Assembly: GCA_031962025.1 (NCBI GenBank) | Contig: JAVRKW010000015.1 | From: Pseudothermotoga sp. | Lineage (GTDB): Bacteria; Thermotogota; Thermotogae; Thermotogales; DSM-5069 | DNA length: 31,295 nt | Direction: 5' to 3' (one strand) | Part shown: positions 8,171 to 16,919 of the stretch, piece by piece | Position numbering within the stretch: the stretch's first letter is position 1 | How the letters are laid out: each line of letters opens with the position of its first letter | Notes under the pieces: model-generated | What the model saw: the letters and a program-made list of their open reading frames with translations, nothing else | The model's database searches: none | What the model was told of the DNA's origin: nothing | Position numbers and translations under genes: made by a program

Positions 8171-8731
8171 CTAAAAACTGGGTGGACTTACAACCCATAC
8201 TCCCACAGCAGTTACATTACCGACATTCCTCCATTTGTGCGGTATCGTGGATGGATAAGTTATACTATCACCTTCGTTAAGCACAATTGATTTGTCACCA
8301 ACTGATATTTTGACTGATCCTTGAATGATCAACCCCGATTCGATGCCTTCATGCGAATAGAAATTTTCCCCACTATCATAACCGGGTTCAAGGTAGGAAA
8401 TGAACATCGAGTAAGCCCTGTTTTTCGCAGAAATGAGTTCGTAAGTGAGACCCTTTGACACGAAAACCTTTCGCCTTTCTTCTTTTCGAACAATTCCCTT
8501 GAGAGCCTGTTCACCGACATCCTGCTCAACAAGAGAAATGATAGTTTCTCCAAGTGCTGCAAGGATTCTTTTGAGAGTACTCAAAGAAGGTGAAACTCTG
8601 CCATGTTCAATCTGGCTTATCAATCCAGGAGTAACGTCTGCCAGTTTGGCAAGTTCCCTGACAGTCATTTGTTTGGATTGTCTCAACGTTCTTATCTTCC
8701 CACCTATGTTGTCAAGTTCATTACCGCTCAT
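8171..8731 (-). CDS. XRE-family HTH + cupin transcriptional regulator (PuuR/SutR-like architecture)
   Basis: IGGKIRTLRQSK..TVRELAKLADVTPGLISQIEHGRVSPSLSTL HTH; cupin HEGIE...GDSITYPSTIPHKW. Confidence 0.92.
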   Translation of the reverse strand: MSGNELDNIGGKIRTLRQSKQMTVRELAKLADVTPGLISQIEHGRVSPSLSTLKRILAALGETIISLVEQDVGEQALKGIVRKEERRKVFVSKGLTYELISAKNRAYSMFISYLEPGYDSGENFYSHEGIESGLIIQGSVKISVGDKSIVLNEGDSITYPSTIPHKWRNVGNVTAVGVWVVSPPSF

Positions 8732-9651
8732 CCGTCACACCCCTTTCCTGATACAAGAAAAGTCAAGTCCCCATAAAGATTTTGTAGTTTTTCAAACTCT
8801 TCTTTATCGTAGAAATTTATTTGCCCTCTACCGAAATATTTTGCCACTTCGACGCAAAAACGAGAAGCAAGTTCTATATCTATTTCATGTGAAGCTCCCG
8901 TTGCACAACCTGCAACCGGTACCTCAGTTGTGATAGCAACACCCACAACAGGTACATCAACAACAGTACAGGGTTGCATTATGCTATTTAAATGATACAC
9001 TCCATTGCCATAAGGTGTGATATCTTGAATTGTTATTGGCAAAACAAATGGCACTGTTCCACAAACTCTTTCGTATATATCCAGCAAATCATCTGCTACT
9101 TTTAGTATATAACCTTTGAACACAGTTGGTGAAATTGCAAATCCCTTTTTCTTTGCAATGCGGTTTCCCTTGGTTGTATCTACTGAAAGAATGGCATCAA
9201 CATTTCTCTTTAACATTGACCTTAAAGCCTCTCTTACACCGATGGGTGAGTCCATGAACGGTACTGGCTTGTGCTCAACTGTCGGCGCATCTGGGCAAAT
9301 ATGTGTCGCTATGTAAACCGTTCCCGCAAGGATATCGCCTTTTTCTCTCATCTGTGCTATTTTCAAGGCAGTTGCAAGTGCCACAACTGCGCCATCTGCA
9401 TCGCTCACAACTCCAACCATCTGAGGTCTTGCCCCCACACCTCCAAGCTGCCCAATGATTCCAAGGACTGGTGCTTTTTCATTTTCTCCTTCTATTGTTA
9501 TCCTCACTATGTCTGTTTTTCCTCGTGGGGTTATAATTCTCTCAAATTCTGTTTTAACGCCTCTGTAGCTTTTGAACAATTCACACACGGCTTTACCATC
9601 GATCTTCGGGTCATCCAGCAGTTCCATAATGGTAAGAACCTGGGACAACAC
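8728..9651 (-). CDS. DUF1177 family protein
   Basis: Characteristic LGIIGQLGGVGARP..G.VSDADGA, THICPDAPT..H.PVPFM.SP, SVDTTKGNR, GCATGASH. Confidence 0.85.
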   Translation of the reverse strand: MLSQVLTIMELLDDPKIDGKAVCELFKSYRGVKTEFERIITPRGKTDIVRITIEGENEKAPVLGIIGQLGGVGARPQMVGVVSDADGAVVALATALKIAQMREKGDILAGTVYIATHICPDAPTVEHKPVPFMDSPIGVREALRSMLKRNVDAILSVDTTKGNRIAKKKGFAISPTVFKGYILKVADDLLDIYERVCGTVPFVLPITIQDITPYGNGVYHLNSIMQPCTVVDVPVVGVAITTEVPVAGCATGASHEIDIELASRFCVEVAKYFGRGQINFYDKEEFEKLQNLYGDLTFLVSGKGCDG

Positions 9652-9654
9652 TTC

Positions 9655-10590
9655 TCATACCTCCTTTGTGTACAGATGGCATCTGACTTTTCTACCCCTG
9701 ACTTCAACGAGTTCTGGTTTTTCGAAACACTTTTTGAAAGCCATGGGACATCTTGTTCTAAAAACACATCCTTCAGGCGGATTCAATGGGCTTGGTATTT
9801 CACCTTTTATGGAAAAATCCACAAAACTTGTACCAATTTTTGGTACAGATTCCATGAGTCCTTTTGTATAAGGATGCAATGGCTCTTGCATAATGTATTC
9901 CGTTTTGCCTATTTCCATGATCTGGCCCAAATACATAACCATTGTCTGATCTGAAATGTGATTTACAACTTTTAGATCGTGGGTGATGAATATATAGGTC
10001 AGTCCGTATTTCTCTTTTATTTCCATAAGCAAATTGAGTATCTGCGCCTGAACCGATACATCCAGAGCAGAGGTTGGCTCATCCAGTATCATCAGTTTTG
10101 GTTTGAGAATCAAAGATCTTGCAATTGCAACCCTCTGCTTCTGCCCACCACTCAATTGGTGAGGGTATTTTTTGAGCACATCTTCGGTCAAACCAACAGA
10201 TATAATCGTGTTTGTAACGAGTTTTCTGCGTTCGCTTTTGTTTGAGATCCTGTATATACGCAATCCTTCTTCAACGATGAATAATACCGTTTTTCTTGGA
10301 TCCAATGAAGTATCTGGATCTTGAAAAACCATTTGAATATCACGATTTTTTCTGTTTTCAAATGGTCTGCCTTCATAAAAGATCTTCCCCGAAGAAGGTT
10401 TGTAAATCCCGCTCAAAATCCGAGCGATCGTTGATTTGCCAGAGCCACTTTCGCCGACTATGCTGAATATCGAACCTTTTTCTACTTCAAAAGAAACTCC
10501 CTGCACAGCCCTCAAAAATCTGGTGGGTTTTCCAAAGATGCTGAATTCCACCGGAAAATCTTTATACAGGTTTTCGACTCTCAAGAGCAT
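9655..10590 (-). CDS. Oligopeptide/dipeptide ABC ATPase (OppF/DppF-like)
   Basis: Walker A GESGSGKST, LSGGQKQR, DEPTSALD, C-terminal GCVFRTRCP. Confidence 0.93.
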   Translation of the reverse strand: MLLRVENLYKDFPVEFSIFGKPTRFLRAVQGVSFEVEKGSIFSIVGESGSGKSTIARILSGIYKPSSGKIFYEGRPFENRKNRDIQMVFQDPDTSLDPRKTVLFIVEEGLRIYRISNKSERRKLVTNTIISVGLTEDVLKKYPHQLSGGQKQRVAIARSLILKPKLMILDEPTSALDVSVQAQILNLLMEIKEKYGLTYIFITHDLKVVNHISDQTMVMYLGQIMEIGKTEYIMQEPLHPYTKGLMESVPKIGTSFVDFSIKGEIPSPLNPPEGCVFRTRCPMAFKKCFEKPELVEVRGRKVRCHLYTKEV

Positions 10591-10593
10591 CTG

Positions 10594-11553
10594 TTAGCCA
10601 ACCCCTTTGTAAAACCAGCATTTCACCACTCTGCCATCTACTGAAAAATCTTCTGGTTCTCTTTCAGCACAAATCGGCATCTTTTGTGAGCATCTTGGGT
10701 GAAATCTGCATCCAGTTGGCGGATTGACAAGGCTTGGTATACTTCCTTCGATTGATTTGAATCTTGTCTTTCTCTCTTTCATGTCCGGTATGGACGAAAT
10801 CAAACCAGCGGTGTATGGATGCAAGGGTTTTTCAAAAATCTTCTTTGTGTCGGATATCTCACATACCTTTCCTGCGTACATCACAATAACTCTATCGGCA
10901 ATTTGAGAGACAACACTCAGATCATGGCTTATGAAGAGAATCGAAGTTTTTGACTCATTTTTCAATTTTTTGAAAAGCTGTATGATCTGAGCCTGTATCG
11001 TTACATCAAGGGCAGTAGTTGGTTCATCAGCTATAAGCAGTTTTGGGTTGCACAGCATCGCCATTGCTATCATAGCCCTTTGTCTCATTCCACCACTGTA
11101 TTCAAAAGGGTATCTTTCGATCATTTCTTCTGGTTGTGGGATGCCAAGTTGCCTCATCACCAGGATAACTCTATCTATTGCCTCTGCGTATGACATACCG
11201 TAGTGCTGCTCAAGAACCTCTGAAAGTTGCTTTCCTATCTTTATGCTGGGATTGAGAGAATTCAATGGATTCTGAAAGACCATACTTATTTTTGTGCCGC
11301 GAGGGTGAGTGGAAGTTTTTGTAAGGTCCTTGCCTTCGAATATGATTTTTCCTCTGACAATTTCCCCCTGCGGTTTTGGAACAAGTCCCATTATTGCAAG
11401 AGCAGTTACACTCTTACCTGAACCGCTCTCTCCTACTATTCCAACACACTCATTTTCAAAAATTTCAAAAGAAACACCATCTGGTGCTCTGAGCTTTACA
11501 CCAAAAGTTTTGAACTCCACAGCCAAGTCTTCAACAGATAAAAGAAGATTCAA
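10594..11553 (-). CDS. Oligopeptide/dipeptide ABC ATPase (OppD/DppD-like)
   Basis: GESGSGKS, YSGGMRQR, ADEPTTALDVTIQAQI, GCRFHPRC. Confidence 0.93.
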   Translation of the reverse strand: MNLLLSVEDLAVEFKTFGVKLRAPDGVSFEIFENECVGIVGESGSGKSVTALAIMGLVPKPQGEIVRGKIIFEGKDLTKTSTHPRGTKISMVFQNPLNSLNPSIKIGKQLSEVLEQHYGMSYAEAIDRVILVMRQLGIPQPEEMIERYPFEYSGGMRQRAMIAMAMLCNPKLLIADEPTTALDVTIQAQIIQLFKKLKNESKTSILFISHDLSVVSQIADRVIVMYAGKVCEISDTKKIFEKPLHPYTAGLISSIPDMKERKTRFKSIEGSIPSLVNPPTGCRFHPRCSQKMPICAEREPEDFSVDGRVVKCWFYKGVG

Positions 11554-12716
11554 AACTCTCTCCTCCTGTTGATGAAATATTCCTTGACCTGTTCGAGGAG
11601 GTTTGAATCTGCAAGATCAAACGCGGTTAACGCAAGGGCTTTGGTAGCCCTTATCATAGCATCATAACCGTACTCTGAGTTAGCTGCCTGAGCAAACTCT
11701 TTTGTGTGCGTTGGTATCGCTTTTTCCCCTGTTATGTTGATGTATGCGTGAATTGCCGGAACAACCTGTGTTACTGCGCCCATATCCGTTGAACCTACAC
11801 CTTGTTCATACGTCCTTGCTGTAACTTTTTCACCGACGAATTTGTAGTTTTCTTCAAGTGCTCTTGCCAGTGGAACGTTTACGTAAACTTCGGGCATCTC
11901 TTCTTCCATGATGATTTTGCCGGTGCAACCTGTCATATCACATGCTCCCTGTACCAGTTTTCTCAATTTTTGCTCCAGAAAGTCTACTTCCTCAATTCTT
12001 AAGGCTCTCAAACCAATCTCCGCGCAGGTGTACTCAGGAATAGTGTTAAAAGACTGTCCACCGTTGGTGATTATTCCATGAATTCTAACCTTTTCTGGAA
12101 GTTGTTGTCTCAAAAGACCTATTGAATTGAATAAAAGCACCATCGCATCAAGTGCATTGATGCCTTTTACTGGATCTGCTGCTGCATGTGCTGACTTCCC
12201 AAAGAATTCTATTTTGAAACGTCTTATGGCGTATGCAATATCAAAGCCTGTACTCATCGAAGCCGGATGAATCATCATAGCGACATCGACATCTTCAAAG
12301 ATGCCAGCCTTTATGAGTTCTTTCTTTCCTGCCCCATGCTCTTCCGCCGGACAGCCGATTACTGTAATTGTAAAAGGTAAATCAATAGCTTTTTTAAGAC
12401 CAACAGCCGCACCGCAACTCATAGTACCGATCATGTTGTGACCACAGGCATGGCCAATGGTTGGTAGCGCATCGTATTCAGCCAGAAGAGCTATCTTTGG
12501 TTTTCCGCGACCCGCTGTTGCGATAAAAGCTGTCTCAAGCCCGCCGACCTTTCTCTGAACCGAAAAGCCATTTTTTTCCAGAAAATCAGCGAGCAGCTTC
12601 GAAGATTTGAACTCTTGATAAGAAAGCTCTGAAAACTCAAAAATGCTCTTTGCAATCTTTACCAGTTCGTCCTTTAGAAGTTCGATCTTTTCACAAATTT
12701 TTTCTTTCAAACTCAT
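11550..12716 (-). CDS. M20 family amidohydrolase (ACY1L2/AbgB-like)
   Basis: LAEYDALP..GHACGHN, PAEE, HAAADP..GINALDA, GSTDMG, HT.EF. Confidence 0.9.
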   Translation of the reverse strand: MSLKEKICEKIELLKDELVKIAKSIFEFSELSYQEFKSSKLLADFLEKNGFSVQRKVGGLETAFIATAGRGKPKIALLAEYDALPTIGHACGHNMIGTMSCGAAVGLKKAIDLPFTITVIGCPAEEHGAGKKELIKAGIFEDVDVAMMIHPASMSTGFDIAYAIRRFKIEFFGKSAHAAADPVKGINALDAMVLLFNSIGLLRQQLPEKVRIHGIITNGGQSFNTIPEYTCAEIGLRALRIEEVDFLEQKLRKLVQGACDMTGCTGKIIMEEEMPEVYVNVPLARALEENYKFVGEKVTARTYEQGVGSTDMGAVTQVVPAIHAYINITGEKAIPTHTKEFAQAANSEYGYDAMIRATKALALTAFDLADSNLLEQVKEYFINRRREF

Positions 12717-12723
12717 CACCCTT

Positions 12724-13539
12724 TCATTTTTTGAGTCTTGGATCTAAAAGATCTCGCAAACCATCACCGAGTATGTTAAAACCAAGACATGTAATGAGTA
12801 TTGCAAGTCCCGGGAATACTGCCATGTGTGGGGCTGTCTGAAGGTAGTTTTTTGCTTCTGAAAGCATACTTCCCCATGACGGTGTTGGCGGCTGGATACC
12901 AAGTCCTAAAAAGCTCAAAGTGGCTTCACTTATCACTGCACCGGCAAAATTCAAAGATGAATAAACTATGAGCACGGGTACTATATTTGGAAGGATGTGT
13001 TGAAAAATTATCCACAAATGAGAAGCTCCCATTGATCTTGCGGCGAGCACAAATTCTTCATTCTTTATGTTCATCACAGCACTTCTCACCACTCTTGCAA
13101 AACTCGGTACCATGACAATTCCAATGGCAAGCATCGCATTGAAGAGCCCTGCACCAAGAACAGCCATCATAGCAATTGCAAGAAGTACATACGGGAAGGA
13201 CAGTAAAGCATCGGTGAATCTCATGATCAGAGTATCAACAAAGCTTCCAAAATACCCAGAGAGAATCCCAAAGAAAGTCCCAATAAATGCACCTATTCCC
13301 ACAGCGATTACCCCAACCATCAGCGATACTCTGCTTCCATACACTAACCTGGAGAATATATCCCTTCCATAATCATCTGTTCCCAGAATATGTCCACCTT
13401 CACCTGGTTTTGCAAAGATATAGGCAAAATCCATTTCATCAACAGGGTGCGTCGCCAGAACTGGAGCAAAGACCGCCGCAAAGATATTGGTAAAAATTAT
13501 CATCAGTCCAAAGACAATTTGCTTGTTGAAAAATCTCAT
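12724..13539 (-). CDS. Peptide ABC permease (OppC/DppC-like)
   Basis: LGTDDYGRDIFSRLVYGSRVSL, EEFVLAARSMGA, LSFLGLG..PPTPSWG; start uncertain (ATG 13539 or GTG 13554). Confidence 0.92.
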   Translation of the reverse strand: MRFFNKQIVFGLMIIFTNIFAAVFAPVLATHPVDEMDFAYIFAKPGEGGHILGTDDYGRDIFSRLVYGSRVSLMVGVIAVGIGAFIGTFFGILSGYFGSFVDTLIMRFTDALLSFPYVLLAIAMMAVLGAGLFNAMLAIGIVMVPSFARVVRSAVMNIKNEEFVLAARSMGASHLWIIFQHILPNIVPVLIVYSSLNFAGAVISEATLSFLGLGIQPPTPSWGSMLSEAKNYLQTAPHMAVFPGLAILITCLGFNILGDGLRDLLDPRLKK

Positions 13540-13546
13540 ATTGTTA

Positions 13547-14503
13547 TCACACACTCCTGTAAGATTGCCTTATCTTTGGATTTATCAAAGCATAGATTAT
13601 ATCCACTATGAGGTTCACAAAAATATACATGATGGCTATGAAAAGAACCTCTCCCTGAACGAGCATATAATCACGCCTGAATATCCCGTCGACCATCAAT
13701 TTACCAAGTCCTGGTAAGGCAAAAACTGTTTCTGTCAGGACAGCCCCGGCAAGCAAGTTTCCCAGTTGCAAACCCATGACCGTCACAACTGGTATCAATG
13801 CATTTTTCAAAGCGTGTCTATAGAGTATCAAGCTTTTCTTAAGACCCTTTGCGTAAGCTGTTCTTATGTAATCCTGGTTTAACACTTCAAGCATACTTGA
13901 TCTTGTAAAACGAGCAATAGTTCCAGTAGAAAGGATTCCCAGCGCGAAAGACGGTAATATGAAGTGACTTACGACATCCCACAGACCCTTGGCTGGATCA
14001 CCAATACCAACTGCCGGTAACCAGCCAAGTTGCAGCGAAAAAACAATTATCAGGACCATACCAAACCAGAATATTGGAATAGAAATTCCTACCAAAGAGA
14101 GTATAGTTACAAATAAATCCACAAAGGAGTTGTGCTTCACAGCTGCCAGAATACCTGAGGGAATACCTATAACTATGGATATGAATAGCGCGCACAAGCT
14201 CAACGTGATAGTTGTTGGCAGTCTTTCAAAGATCAGCGACAGGACATCCTGTTTGTATATGAGTGACCTACCAAGATCTCCTGTGAGAATTTTCTTCAAG
14301 TAAATTACAAATTGTATCAGAACCGGTTTATCCAGACCAAGTTGCTGTCTAAAACGTGCAATGTCTTCAGATCGTGCTTGTGGACCAAGTAACACCATAG
14401 CTGGATCTCCCGGAATCATTTTCATTATCAGAAAAGCAGTCAATACAACAAAAAACAGCGTTGGAACAACCTGAGTCAGTCTCTTTGCGATGTATTTGCT
14501 CAT
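13547..14503 (-). CDS. Peptide ABC permease (OppB/DppB-like)
   Basis: IPGDPA, GDLGRS, QDYIRTAYAKGL, ETVFALPGLG. Confidence 0.93.
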   Translation of the reverse strand: MSKYIAKRLTQVVPTLFFVVLTAFLIMKMIPGDPAMVLLGPQARSEDIARFRQQLGLDKPVLIQFVIYLKKILTGDLGRSLIYKQDVLSLIFERLPTTITLSLCALFISIVIGIPSGILAAVKHNSFVDLFVTILSLVGISIPIFWFGMVLIIVFSLQLGWLPAVGIGDPAKGLWDVVSHFILPSFALGILSTGTIARFTRSSMLEVLNQDYIRTAYAKGLKKSLILYRHALKNALIPVVTVMGLQLGNLLAGAVLTETVFALPGLGKLMVDGIFRRDYMLVQGEVLFIAIMYIFVNLIVDIIYALINPKIRQSYRSV

Positions 14504-14514
14504 TCAACCACTCC

Positions 14515-14544
14515 AAAAACCAGGAGCGCATGAGCGCTCCTGGT
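14515..14544 (-). terminator. Intra-operon hairpin/attenuator after the peptide SBP gene
   Basis: Perfect 11-bp stem ACCAGGAGCGC (14519-14529) / GCGCTCCTGGT (14534-14544) with a 4-nt loop, followed by a short U-run on the minus strand. Confidence 0.8.
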
Positions 14545-16082
14545 CATTTTTCGACCCATACATTTGTACCAGGTGCGAATAGACGGATCGTCATATCGGG
14601 TGATGGTTTATAACCCTGAACTTTTTTGTTCACGCCATTTACAACCAGCTTGTGCCACATTGGGAAGTAAACCAGATCTTTCATGATCAATTCCTCTGCT
14701 TTTCTGTAATATTCAGTCCTTTGAGTCTGGTCAACTGAAGATTCACCGAGTTCGATGTATTTGTCGACCTGCGGGTTGTTATAACCTCCACCATTTCCAT
14801 AAGTTCCTTTTCTTGAAGAGTGGAACATGTAAAAGATGAAAAATTCCGGGTCGGGATACCATGTCCATCCAATCGTGTAAGCATCTGCATCTCCCTTGGA
14901 TGTAGTTGCAGTGAAAGCTCCCCACTCAAGAGATTGAACTTCAATTTCAAAGCCAACTTTCTTGAGCATCGATTGAATTATCACAGCAGCTTTTCTTCTG
15001 TTTGGATCTTCCGGGGTGAAAATGGTTAATTTAACGGGTTTATTCTCGTATCCTGCTTCTTTGAGAAGTTGTTTTGCCTTTTCCGGATCGTACGAAGTAT
15101 AGAAGGATTTGACATCTGGATTGTATGCCCAGGATCCCGTTGGAATAGGACCATAAGCTGCTTCAGCAGTCCCGTTTGGAAAGATAACCTTGACAAGTTG
15201 TTCCACATCTATTCCACGGAAGAAAGCCTCTCTGATTCTCCTATCGACAGTTGGTCCCTTCATTGAATTCATATAAACAGCATAGACATTACAGCCACCA
15301 ACCATCTTTACATCACAATTCGGATTTGCCTTGACCTTTGGTATATCCTGGTCAAGAACATCGCTGGTTATATCCACCTGACCACTCAACAGCGCAACTG
15401 TCAAGACGGATTTATCCGGTATAAACTTGTAGACTATCTGTTTCAAATAAGGTTTTTCACCCCAGTATTCTTCATTCCTTTGAAAGACCATGTGGCTGTC
15501 TTTTACCCATTCGACCATTTTGAATGGACCTGTTCCCACCGGGTGAAGTGTGAACTCGTCCTTCCAGCCTTCACATTCTTCCCTGGGAACAATAGCGGCT
15601 CCTATGTCTGTGAGAACTGTTAGAAATGGTGCATAGGGATACTTGAGTATGATCTTCACTGTGTATCTGTCCAGAACTTCTACTCGATCTACCATGTAGA
15701 GTCTTACCATTGGTGAAATTGCGATCTCTCTTTCAAAACTGTACTTCACATCTTCAGCAGTCATTTCCCTGCCATCCTGGAATTTTCCTTTCTGAAAATG
15801 AACTCCCTTTCTCAGCCTGAAGGTCCATTCTTTCAGATCAGAACTCACTTCCCACGACTCAGCAAGAAGTGGATGGATCTGTTTGACCTCTGCGTCATAC
15901 GCAACAAGTGTTTCAAACACATTTCTCATGACCTGTGCTGATGCTAAATCCTGATACATGGCGGGATCCATAGTCGTTGGATTTTGATCTGAACCAACGG
16001 TGATTGTAGAATCGTAGTTTGGCGTGGCTAACACAGCACTAAATAAAACTGCCACAAGAAACACCACAACCCATCTTCTCAT
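14544..16082 (-). CDS. Peptide ABC substrate-binding protein (family 5, DppA/OppA-like)
   Basis: Signal peptide; PLLAESWEVS.D.KEWTFRLRKGVHF, TAEDVKYSFER, PVGTGPFK. Confidence 0.93.
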   Translation of the reverse strand: MRRWVVVFLVAVLFSAVLATPNYDSTITVGSDQNPTTMDPAMYQDLASAQVMRNVFETLVAYDAEVKQIHPLLAESWEVSSDLKEWTFRLRKGVHFQKGKFQDGREMTAEDVKYSFEREIAISPMVRLYMVDRVEVLDRYTVKIILKYPYAPFLTVLTDIGAAIVPREECEGWKDEFTLHPVGTGPFKMVEWVKDSHMVFQRNEEYWGEKPYLKQIVYKFIPDKSVLTVALLSGQVDITSDVLDQDIPKVKANPNCDVKMVGGCNVYAVYMNSMKGPTVDRRIREAFFRGIDVEQLVKVIFPNGTAEAAYGPIPTGSWAYNPDVKSFYTSYDPEKAKQLLKEAGYENKPVKLTIFTPEDPNRRKAAVIIQSMLKKVGFEIEVQSLEWGAFTATTSKGDADAYTIGWTWYPDPEFFIFYMFHSSRKGTYGNGGGYNNPQVDKYIELGESSVDQTQRTEYYRKAEELIMKDLVYFPMWHKLVVNGVNKKVQGYKPSPDMTIRLFAPGTNVWVEK

Positions 16083-16096
16083 ACAAACACCCCCTT

Positions 16097-16696
16097 TTAG
16101 AGTAAGGTTCTTAAATAGTTCCCCAGAATTTTTCTCGCACTCAGAACTAAACCTTTTGTGTATTTCCTAAAAAAATTTTCGTGTTCCAACGTAAATCCTA
16201 TACAATCTAAGTAAACAAGCTGCTGATCTGTTATATCAAAATCTATGTAACTTTCTGTGTACGGTGAAAAAGCCATACATTTGACATTGTGTGCAATTTT
16301 AGCCCATCTTTTCTGAGCGTCTTCACACTGATCTTTCTCTGGTACAACAACAGTTGCACTCTGAAGTTTTGGTAGTGCTTGAAAAAACGAATTAATGACC
16401 TTGTAAGGTAGAATCAATCTATCATCATCGAATTTTGCTGTACAAAGAAGAACTGCAGGCTCGTTGAACTTCATACAGGAAAGTTTCTCGCAAACCCATT
16501 TGTGCGATATATAAACAATCGTACCATCTTTCTTTTTGCTCACAAGAAGATCTTCTGGACCTGCTGGTGCATAAACAGATGGGTCAACGCCGTCTATCAA
16601 ACCTATCTGGTGGTATGCGAAATTCTTATCGATTATATTTAGCAACTCCGGGATCACATCATCTCTGGGACTTTCACCAATAGTGATGAACAGCAC
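16097..16696 (-). CDS. AroM-family protein
   Basis: N-terminal ITIGESPRDD, LVSKKKDG, LLCT, SPY, LDCIGFT match the AroM pattern (TIGQ/ESPR.D, LLCTG, DC.GY/F); GTG start. Confidence 0.75.
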   Translation of the reverse strand: MLFITIGESPRDDVIPELLNIIDKNFAYHQIGLIDGVDPSVYAPAGPEDLLVSKKKDGTIVYISHKWVCEKLSCMKFNEPAVLLCTAKFDDDRLILPYKVINSFFQALPKLQSATVVVPEKDQCEDAQKRWAKIAHNVKCMAFSPYTESYIDFDITDQQLVYLDCIGFTLEHENFFRKYTKGLVLSARKILGNYLRTLL

Positions 16697-16709
16697 TCTT
16701 CTTTACCCC

Positions 16710-16745
16710 CACTGTAGTTTAATTAATTATACTAAACATACAGTG
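16710..16745. promoter_or_regulatory. Palindromic operator overlapping the -10
   Basis: CACTGTA-GTTTA ... TAAAC-A-TACAGTG inverted repeat centred on the TATAAT box. Confidence 0.65.
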
Positions 16746-16754
16746 CAATGTCAA
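16726..16754 (-). promoter_or_regulatory. Perfect consensus SigA promoter of the aroM-opp-DUF1177 operon
   Basis: Minus strand TTGACA (16754-16749), 17 nt, TATAAT (16731-16726). Confidence 0.88.
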
Positions 16755-16758
16755 CAGG

Positions 16759-16788
16759 TTGTCTCAAAGCTCGCCATAGTTGTATAAT
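16759..16788 (+). promoter_or_regulatory. Divergent SigA promoter for the PiT gene cluster
   Basis: TTGTCT (16759-16764), 18 nt, TATAAT (16783-16788). Confidence 0.6.
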
Positions 16789-16825
16789 AGATTTCACTGT
16801 GTAATTTCAAGTGACCTGTACACAA

Positions 16826-16896
16826 TAAGCAGGGATAACATTGGCGGTGATGTAGGTTAATTCTACAAGTCACCCGGCAGGTTTAAAACTTGCTAA
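16826..16896 (+). ncRNA. Structured 5' leader, candidate Na+-I (DUF1646) riboswitch
   Basis: P1 AGCAGG (16828-33) / CTTGCT (16889-94); inner TTGGCGG...CCGGCAGGT; distal stem GGTGA-TGTAG (16846-55) / CTACA-AG-TCACC (16863-74). It lies between the promoter and the AAGGAGG RBS of a PiT/PHO4 transporter. The family match is from memory of the consensus. Confidence 0.6.
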
Positions 16897-16919
16897 AGAA
16901 GGAGGAAAACTTTGTAAAG

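Noticed and set aside
9271..9954. 227-aa plus-strand ORF
   Set aside because: Antisense shadow of DUF1177/oppF; Cys/Phe/Ser-rich, with no RBS or recognisable domain.
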